This document shows, piece after piece, positions 48,335 to 55,518 of a stretch of DNA of 64,000 nucleotides (position 1 is its first letter; the number at the start of each line of letters is the position of its first letter). The notes beneath the pieces are model-generated. The model ran no database searches and had not been told where the DNA came from. It saw only the letters and a program-made list of their open reading frames with translations. Source of the DNA: a virus (Duplodnaviria > Caudoviricetes); IMG/VR virus record IMGVR_UViG_3300002092_001784, positions 202,154-266,153 of that record; one strand, written 5' to 3'. Made by a program: the position numbers and the translations under genes.

Positions 48335-48718
48335 ATGAAAAAGCAAAATTCGTATCTAATAATGGAAGGTAGTGCTAATCCTAAAAATTTGAAAGAATCA
48401 GTGTTAACCGAAGATATTACACATGAAGTAATTTTACCATTATTACCACTACTTAGTGTTATAGCTGGAGTGGGTATCGGCAGTTTTATCGGTGATTTGG
48501 ACCTTGATAGGGGTATCATACAATCCTTAAAAGATTCTTGGAATGGATATTTTAGAAACCGAGCTGTCAAAAAGATAGTGGACCGCATTAAAGATGATAA
48601 AGATGTTCAAGAATTTCTAAACCATCCAAGTAAACCCGGTTGGACAAAAATGCTAGTTACCAAACTTACATCTGAAGAAAAAAAATACCTATACAGTTTA
48701 ACTCGAAATAAATTTTAA
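48335..48718 (+). CDS. Putative internal head protein with targeting leader and hydrophobic helix
   Basis: Leader MKKQNSYLIMEGSANPKNL is shared with the next gene, followed by VILPLLPLLSVIAGVGIGSFIG. Confidence 0.65.
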   Translation: MKKQNSYLIMEGSANPKNLKESVLTEDITHEVILPLLPLLSVIAGVGIGSFIGDLDLDRGIIQSLKDSWNGYFRNRAVKKIVDRIKDDKDVQEFLNHPSKPGWTKMLVTKLTSEEKKYLYSLTRNKF

Positions 48719-48720
48719 CT

Positions 48721-49254
48721 ATGAAAACGCAAAATTCGTATCTAATAATGGAGGGTAGTGCTAACCCTAAGAACTTGGTAAGTACTAAAACTAAAAAAGT
48801 TATCAAAGAAGGTGAAGACCACGAAGTATCTATGGCAGGAAACCAATTAGATACTATTATAAAAGCAGCAACCGAATTGAAAGCCAAAATCGGAACTGAT
48901 GAAAAAAATCTACCGGGATGGGTACAAGACCATATTTCTCAATCTGAAAACTTTATATCTCAAGCTAATAACGGTTATGGTGAAACTAATGAAGTAATTA
49001 AAAAGGGTAAATTTAACGAAGTATCTAATGGTGATTTTATAACACTTGATGTAAACGTTGGAGATACGGTAAAATTTTATACAAATACACCTGTGCAGAA
49101 TGTTGGAACAACCGGAAAGGCTCAAACTGGAAAGGTTGTTAAAGTAGATTCAACTACATTTACCGTAAAGGGTAATGATGGTAAGGAACATAAACTTCCA
49201 AAGAAATGGTACAAACATGCTACTTATTTACCATCTATTCTTAAAAAGGGGTAA
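48721..49254 (+). CDS. Putative internal head protein with targeting leader, helical module and KOW/SH3-like module
   Basis: Leader MKTQNSYLIMEGSANPKNL, module EVSMA..QL...LPGWVQDHISQS, and VNVGDTVKF...GKVVKVD. Confidence 0.65.
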   Translation: MKTQNSYLIMEGSANPKNLVSTKTKKVIKEGEDHEVSMAGNQLDTIIKAATELKAKIGTDEKNLPGWVQDHISQSENFISQANNGYGETNEVIKKGKFNEVSNGDFITLDVNVGDTVKFYTNTPVQNVGTTGKAQTGKVVKVDSTTFTVKGNDGKEHKLPKKWYKHATYLPSILKKG

Positions 49255-49265
49255 TACTATAAAAC

Positions 49266-50093
49266 ATGGCAAAACTATTAAACGAATGTATAATTGTTTC
49301 TAAGAAATTTGGAAACGATATGGTTTTGGCAAAAAACAGAGATAGAGCATATAAGCCGCTCATAGAAGTGGTTCATACTTTGATGAATGGTATTGAAGTT
49401 GTGTATTTACATGATATTACAACCGATTGGAGTGAAGGTATGAATGAATTGGGTATCGGTGTTGTTAATACTTCGTTGTTGGTAGGATATGATGAAAAAG
49501 AAAAACAAATCATATCTAAAACCGGTAAGAAATCAAAAGATGGTATTAAGATAAGAACTGCTCTTGGACAAAAAACATTATCAAAGGCATTATTATCGGT
49601 GGTTAAGTTTAATGGTGGTGTAAAGGGACACACTTTTGTGGCAGACCCTAACCATCTGATTACAGTAGAAATGACTTCGAAACATGCTCCTATAATCAAA
49701 CAGCAAGACCCAACCAAATCATATGTAAGAACGAATCATGGACTAGCACATCCAGATGCCGGATATACTGAAGGACCTGATTATAAAAGTTCAATAGTTC
49801 GTAGAGCATCTGCAAAGGCTGCAATTACAAAATTGAAAGATTGGAGAGATGAATTGAAAGCATTGAGAACTAATCGGTATTCGCATGATAATCCGAATAA
49901 TATGAGTAGAGATACGGATAAAATGATGACAACCACACAGATGCAATTAAATCTAACCCGTAAAATATTTACTCTAAACTATTTTGGAGACAGAGTTGAA
50001 GGATTCAAAGGAATACGAAGTGAATTACCATCGGATTATATGCCAAAAATACAAATAAAAATAAAAGATTTATCAGAAACTCAGAATAATTGA
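49266..50093 (+). CDS. Ntn-hydrolase (peptidase C45/C69/CBAH-like) with 7-aa propeptide
   Basis: MAKLLNE followed by CIIV...LAKNRDR...EGMNELGI...VRTNH. Confidence 0.75.
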   Translation: MAKLLNECIIVSKKFGNDMVLAKNRDRAYKPLIEVVHTLMNGIEVVYLHDITTDWSEGMNELGIGVVNTSLLVGYDEKEKQIISKTGKKSKDGIKIRTALGQKTLSKALLSVVKFNGGVKGHTFVADPNHLITVEMTSKHAPIIKQQDPTKSYVRTNHGLAHPDAGYTEGPDYKSSIVRRASAKAAITKLKDWRDELKALRTNRYSHDNPNNMSRDTDKMMTTTQMQLNLTRKIFTLNYFGDRVEGFKGIRSELPSDYMPKIQIKIKDLSETQNN

Positions 50094-50125
50094 TATTTAT
50101 TCATATATAACTTAAATTAAACAAT

Positions 50126-50602
50126 ATGCCCGCAGTATCAAAAGCACAACAACATTTTATGGGTATGGTTCATGCTGCACAGAAAGGTGAAGAACCTGCA
50201 AGTCCCGAAGTAGCAAAAGTAGCTAAATCAATTGAGCCAAAAGCAGCAAAGGATTATGCATCAACATCAACTAAAAATCTACCAGACCATAAACTAAAAG
50301 AAGCGATTCGTAAGATATATAGAGAATATTTAAGGGAATGTTCAATGACAGAATCACTAAACGAAGATGTTTCAGATATAAAAACTCCTATTTATTTCAA
50401 ATCAAAAAAAGGAGTAAGTGGATTTGATACCGATACTACATTTTTTGTAAAAGATATGCCCGATTATGGAAATGTTAAGGTTTATCATTACCGTGGACGT
50501 TTGGAACAATTTATTTGGTTTGAAAAAGATAAATTAATAAGGCAATTTAAGAGTGGAGATTTCTATAAAGTTGATAAAAACGAATATAAACCCAATAACT
50601 AA
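50126..50602 (+). CDS. Putative internal head protein with DUF3008-like N-terminus
   Basis: MPAVSKAQQHFMGMVHAAQKG...AKDYAST...LP, then LKE/LNE linkers and a beta-rich module. Confidence 0.55.
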   Translation: MPAVSKAQQHFMGMVHAAQKGEEPASPEVAKVAKSIEPKAAKDYASTSTKNLPDHKLKEAIRKIYREYLRECSMTESLNEDVSDIKTPIYFKSKKGVSGFDTDTTFFVKDMPDYGNVKVYHYRGRLEQFIWFEKDKLIRQFKSGDFYKVDKNEYKPNN

Positions 50603-50608
50603 TATTTT

Positions 50609-50636
50609 AAGCCCAAACACCGGTTTGGGCTTTTTT
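50609..50636 (+). terminator. Intrinsic terminator
   Basis: AAGCCCAAAC-ACCG-GTTTGGGCTT followed by a T run. Confidence 0.9.
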
Positions 50637-50822
50637 ATGTCATTTTTTATGGTTTTTCAAAAATCATATATTTATTCATAACTTAATAACCTATTTCTTT
50701 TAGGTTCAAGTAATTGGTAATGAATACTCACGACCCATGTGATGTGACCAAAACGCCAATAAACACGATTGAAGTTGAAAACTCTAATAACTTCAGAAAT
50801 CCTATAAAATAAAGGAAAACAA

Positions 50823-51977
50823 ATGGCAAGTTCAAAACTATTAAAAGAAGCAATTGCTGATGCTAAAGCTGTGCGTGAAACTGCTATTGCCAATGCCAAA
50901 ATCGCTCTCGAAGAAGCGTTTACTCCAAGACTTCAATCTATTCTTTCAAGAAAGCTACAAGCTGAAATTGAAGATAACGATGATGAAGATTTGGATGATG
51001 TAAACGAAGAAAATGATGCATCAAGCGAAATCGGAAAAGGTGATAACAAAACTCCGGCTATTAAAGCAAATTCAGCACAAACAGACCTAAGTGGTATTTC
51101 TAAAACAGGAGATGCACAGGGTAGTGAATTAGATGATTATGACAAAGTTAAAGACCTTACTGAAGGTGATGATGACTTTGGAGATGATGACACTGATTTG
51201 GATACCGATGATGACACTGATTTGGATACCGATGGTGATGACACCGATTGGGATGCTGATGATACCGATGATGACCAAGACGAAGATGATTTAGATTTAG
51301 AATCTATTATTAGAGAATTGGAAGATGGTATGGATGATGATACCGATGGGTATTCGGATGATACTGAAGTAGATGAAGCAGATGAAAATGAAGATGGCGT
51401 AACCGATGATGTAACTGGTGCAACAAATCCATACACAGAAGGTGATGACACTGATTTTGATACCGATGGTGACACCGAAGGCGAAGATGATGATATTGAT
51501 TTAGATGAAATTCTTCGTGAAATGGGATATGGTGATGATGAAGATGGTGAAGAAGCTCCTGTTGAGGATGATGATACTGCTGAAGAATTAGCAGCTACTC
51601 AAAATGAATTAAAAGAAGCTATGAAAACTATTCATTCATTACGCAAAACCATCAATGAAGTGAATTTATTGAACGCAAAATTATTATTCGCAAACAAATT
51701 GTTCCGTGGTTATAATCTAACTAACGAACAAAAAGTAAAAGTTGTTGAAAACTTGGACAGAACTTCATCTGTAAGAGAAGTTAAGTTAGTTTATTCAACT
51801 CTTTGTGAATCAATGAAATTCTCTGGTACTCAAAAGAAACAATCTGTAAAGAGAACTATTTCTGAAGGATTGGCTTCTAAACCACAGAAATCTACCGCAC
51901 CTAAAAAAGAAATTCTTTCAGAGGGTGACATGATGGCTAAAAGATTCCAAGAATTAGCAGGAATCACTTCAAAATAA
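50823..51977 (+). CDS. gp22: Prohead scaffolding/core protein (gp22-like)
   Basis: LLKEAIADAKAVRETA N-terminus, very acidic middle and coiled coil, directly before the major capsid gene. Confidence 0.8.
   Translation: MASSKLLKEAIADAKAVRETAIANAKIALEEAFTPRLQSILSRKLQAEIEDNDDEDLDDVNEENDASSEIGKGDNKTPAIKANSAQTDLSGISKTGDAQGSELDDYDKVKDLTEGDDDFGDDDTDLDTDDDTDLDTDGDDTDWDADDTDDDQDEDDLDLESIIRELEDGMDDDTDGYSDDTEVDEADENEDGVTDDVTGATNPYTEGDDTDFDTDGDTEGEDDDIDLDEILREMGYGDDEDGEEAPVEDDDTAEELAATQNELKEAMKTIHSLRKTINEVNLLNAKLLFANKLFRGYNLTNEQKVKVVENLDRTSSVREVKLVYSTLCESMKFSGTQKKQSVKRTISEGLASKPQKSTAPKKEILSEGDMMAKRFQELAGITSK
51183..51230 (+). repeat. Exact 24-nt tandem duplication (DDDTDLDT x2) in scaffold gene
   Basis: GATGATGACACTGATTTGGATACC occurs twice. 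Confidence 0.85.
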
Positions 51978-52001
51978 CAAACTTAAAAAAACAAATAAAC
52001 A

Positions 52002-53633
52002 ATGGCAAATTTTGACTTATCTAAATTGATGGAAGGCAAAAACCCACAAAGCGTAATGTTGGCAGAAACTCGTCAACTTAAAGGTAAATGGGCGAAAACA
52101 GGTCTTCTTGAAGGATTGAAAGAAAGAGATCAACACTCTATGGCAGTGTTGTTAGAAAACCAAGCAAAACAATTGCTTGATGAGGCAACCCAAACTGGTA
52201 CATCTGCACACTCAGAAGAGTGGAGTGGTGTAGCTCTTCCTTTGGTTCGCCGTATTTTTGGTGAAATTGCATCGAAAGAGTTCGTTTCGGTTCAACCTAT
52301 GAACTTACCTTCCGGTCTTATTTTCTACCTTGACTTCAAATATGGTTCTGCACAAGGAGCACCTGGACAATATGGTGGAAAATCACTTTTTGGTGGTACT
52401 AACATAACCGGTTCAGCAACTAACTTTGGTAGAACTAACGCAGCTGTTAATGGTTTATACGGTGAAGGTCGTTATACCTATTCAGTAAATGATGGAACTG
52501 CCGCTACAGTAGCTATTGCTTCTGCTGCTTCTGCTTCTTGGGCAGATGTAGGTTTTAACAATACGTTATCAGCTTCTATTGCTGCTAATCAAATTGCTAA
52601 ACTTTCTATTACAAAATCAGCTATTAGTGCAACCGCTGATGTTGATGCAGTTCGTGCATACACCGCAACTGATTCACTTATCGTTGCCAATCTTAACGAA
52701 TTTAACTATTACAACGCATCTTTAGATAATATCGTACTTTTTGTATCTGCATCTAAAACAGATATGGCTGCATTGGTTAATGGTACTATTGATTCAATTG
52801 ATTATTCAGTTGTTCCTACCGATTACAATCGTGGTGACTTTGAAGATAAAACCGCACCAAGTGCAGGTAACACAACAACTGCATTGGATATTCCAGAAAT
52901 TGATCTTGAATTGAAATCAGAGGCCATCGTTGCTAAGACTCGTAAGTTGAAAGCAGTATGGACACCTGAACTTGCACAGGACTTAAACGCTTACCACTCA
53001 ATCGATGCTGAAGCAGAATTAACTTCAATGTTATCCGATTATATTTCTTTGGAAATTGATTTGGAAATCCTTGATATGTTAAAATCTAACGCTTTAACTA
53101 CTGATTACTGGTCAGCAACAGTTGGTGAAGAATACAATAACGGTGTTTGGACTGGTGGACAATCTTCAATGGCATACCAAAAATCAACTTGGTTTCAAAC
53201 CCTTGGAATCAAATTGAACAAAGTATCTAATAAGATTCACCAATTAACACTTCGTGGTGGAGCTAACTTCGTAGTTGCTTCTCCTGATGTATGTACTATT
53301 TTGGAATCTATTCCTGGATTCTTAGTAAGTGCTGAGAAAGATGCATTACAGTTCGCTGCAGGTGTATCTCAAGTAGGTGCATTGAGCAATCGCTACACCA
53401 TCTACAAAAATCCTTATATGACTTCTAACGAAATCTTAATGGGATACAGAGGAAACAACTTCCTTGAGACAGGTGCAGTTTACGCTCCATATGTACCATT
53501 GATTATGACTCCTTTGGTTTACGATCCTCAAAATTTTACTCCGAGGAGGGGTGTCATGACTCGTTACGCCAAGAAAATGGTGAGAAGCGAGTACTACGGA
53601 AAAATCTACATCAAAGATTTGAACACTATCTAA
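52002..53633 (+). CDS. gp23: Major capsid protein (T4 gp23-like)
   Basis: LLENQ propeptide, VQPMNLPSGLIFYL, AKTRKLKA.WT.ELAQDL.AYH..DAEAEL, YAPYVPL, TRY. Confidence 0.97.
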   Translation: MANFDLSKLMEGKNPQSVMLAETRQLKGKWAKTGLLEGLKERDQHSMAVLLENQAKQLLDEATQTGTSAHSEEWSGVALPLVRRIFGEIASKEFVSVQPMNLPSGLIFYLDFKYGSAQGAPGQYGGKSLFGGTNITGSATNFGRTNAAVNGLYGEGRYTYSVNDGTAATVAIASAASASWADVGFNNTLSASIAANQIAKLSITKSAISATADVDAVRAYTATDSLIVANLNEFNYYNASLDNIVLFVSASKTDMAALVNGTIDSIDYSVVPTDYNRGDFEDKTAPSAGNTTTALDIPEIDLELKSEAIVAKTRKLKAVWTPELAQDLNAYHSIDAEAELTSMLSDYISLEIDLEILDMLKSNALTTDYWSATVGEEYNNGVWTGGQSSMAYQKSTWFQTLGIKLNKVSNKIHQLTLRGGANFVVASPDVCTILESIPGFLVSAEKDALQFAAGVSQVGALSNRYTIYKNPYMTSNEILMGYRGNNFLETGAVYAPYVPLIMTPLVYDPQNFTPRRGVMTRYAKKMVRSEYYGKIYIKDLNTI

Positions 53634-53654
53634 TCTGTAAAGATTATAAATTAG

Positions 53655-53682
53655 AAAAGGGAAGATTTTTCTTCCCTTTTTT
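53655..53682 (+). terminator. Intrinsic terminator after capsid gene
   Basis: AAAAGGGAAGA-TTTT-TCTTCCCTTTT followed by TT. Confidence 0.9.
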
Positions 53683-53759
53683 ATGCTCTTTTATTTTGAT
53701 ATTATATTTATAGTCGTATTGGTTATACACTATACTAATAAAATTAAAATAAAAGAAAA

Positions 53760-54179
53760 ATGGGAAGACATCAAGATTCAACACCGGTAATGATACCAGC
53801 CGATACTGATTTAACTACGGTTATTGACGCAACATTTGCGTTAGATACAGATTTGACAGATAGTTCAATCGATGCTATATTTAACACAGTTCAAGCAACG
53901 GTAAATGGAACTGGTACTAACGTCAAAGTTGGTGATGATGCATATATTGGTGATATAAATGTATCAAACCACATACAAATAGCAGGCGTGCAAGATATGA
54001 CAAAAGGATTTATTCAATTTGGAAGTGGTTCTGCTATGCCTAGGATTGGTGGAAACGGTGCAAATCACTTAAACATTGCAAATATCCCATCATACGCATC
54101 AAACGCAGCAGCATTGAGTGGTGGGTTGGTAGCAGGTGATGTTTATAGAAGTGTTGATAATTTGGCAATCGTTCACTAA
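53760..54179 (+). CDS. Small virion protein, candidate capsid decoration
   Basis: Has its own promoter and terminator, ends in YASNAAALSGGLVAGDVY. Confidence 0.5.
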   Translation: MGRHQDSTPVMIPADTDLTTVIDATFALDTDLTDSSIDAIFNTVQATVNGTGTNVKVGDDAYIGDINVSNHIQIAGVQDMTKGFIQFGSGSAMPRIGGNGANHLNIANIPSYASNAAALSGGLVAGDVYRSVDNLAIVH

Positions 54180-54203
54180 TTATACAATAATAGCTAAAAG
54201 TAT

Positions 54204-54235
54204 AAAGAGATGATAGAAATATCATCTCTTTTTTT
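54204..54235 (+). terminator. Intrinsic terminator
   Basis: AAAGAGATGATA-GAAA-TATCATCTCTTT followed by a T run. Confidence 0.92.
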
Positions 54236-54321
54236 ATGCCCAAATTTTAGTTAGGACACACCAAATAATATATCTTTTACACTTCTTTATATTTATAGAT
54301 AACAACTATAAAATAACAGAT

Positions 54322-54705
54322 ATGTCGGCAGCGAAATACTCATTTGTAATAGAGCAAGGAGCAACATTTACCTTAGAAGTTGCATGGGAAGATCAAACCT
54401 GTGTTCCAATAGATTTAACAGGCTATTCCGCAAGGATGCAGATTAGACCTGCTGTTGAATCTGAAACCGTTTACATATCATTGTTGTCAGATTTACAACC
54501 AGATGGGACTGGATTAAACCTAAGTGGGAGTAATGGTATGACTCCATTGGAATCGGGTTCTATTGGTATTTACATATCAGCATATTCATCATCGGTTTTG
54601 AATTTCGAACAGGCACGATATGATTTGGAATTGGTAAGTGGTGGTGGTGAAGTTACACGGTTATTAGAAGGATTTGTTCAACTTTCTAAAAATGTGACAA
54701 GATAA
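54322..54705 (+). CDS. Fibre-attachment/BppU-like virion protein
   Basis: IEQGATF...DLTGYSARMQIR...YDLELV...RLLEG.V pattern. Confidence 0.6.
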   Translation: MSAAKYSFVIEQGATFTLEVAWEDQTCVPIDLTGYSARMQIRPAVESETVYISLLSDLQPDGTGLNLSGSNGMTPLESGSIGIYISAYSSSVLNFEQARYDLELVSGGGEVTRLLEGFVQLSKNVTR

Positions 54706-55511
54706 TGTTAGAAAACGATTTCCATGATTATATAGAGGATGATGGTGATTCTCGCATTGTAGTAACACGAAAACTAAATAAAGTTATCGTATCATCACAA
54801 GGACCACAGGGTATACCCGGTCCACGTGGTTTTGATACAGGTACGTCTGGAACATCGGGCACTAGCGGTACATCTGCATCGGATGGAAGTAGTGGTACAA
54901 GTGGAACTGCGGGTAGTAGTGGGACATCGGCAAGAGATGGTAGTAGTGGGACATCCGGTCAAAGAGGTTTCTCTGGGACATCGGGAAGTAGTGGAACTCG
55001 TGGTACAAGTGGTACATCGGGAACTTCTGCACTATACGCATCGGTTGCTATTTCAGAAACAGCCCCAACTAGCGGTACAAGTGGTAAATTATGGTTCAAC
55101 AGTAATGAGGGTACTCTTTATGTACAATATCAGGATATCAATGGAATCCATTGGATACCTACAAACGATTTAGTTGGCGCAGATGGTACTAACGGTACAT
55201 CGGGGGTATCAAGTGATGCATTATCTGTTACTGCTTGGTATAGTGGCAGTATTGTTACTGTTAGGGAGTTTGAAGAACTTACATTTTCGGGTGATTATGT
55301 TTTACAAAATTCTCAATTAGTAGTATCCGGTAGTTCATATGAAATACAATTTGAATCCGGTAGTTCATTCAAAAAAATAGGAAGAATATTTATAGGTGGT
55401 AATTTTTTAATTAAAGACAGTTATGTATATAATAATGGTGAGATATATGTAGGTGGTGAAACCATATTATTAGGAGATTCAATAATAACAGGCACAGGAA
55501 TATTAATATAA
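54705..55511 (+). CDS. Collagen-like fibre protein (Pro-type then Ser/Thr-type Gly-X-Y)
   Basis: GPQGIPGPR then (GTS/GSS)n at 54801-55028, followed by GKLWFNSNEGTLYVQY. Confidence 0.75.
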   Translation: MLENDFHDYIEDDGDSRIVVTRKLNKVIVSSQGPQGIPGPRGFDTGTSGTSGTSGTSASDGSSGTSGTAGSSGTSARDGSSGTSGQRGFSGTSGSSGTRGTSGTSGTSALYASVAISETAPTSGTSGKLWFNSNEGTLYVQYQDINGIHWIPTNDLVGADGTNGTSGVSSDALSVTAWYSGSIVTVREFEELTFSGDYVLQNSQLVVSGSSYEIQFESGSSFKKIGRIFIGGNFLIKDSYVYNNGEIYVGGETILLGDSIITGTGILI

Positions 55512-55518
55512 GAGATAT

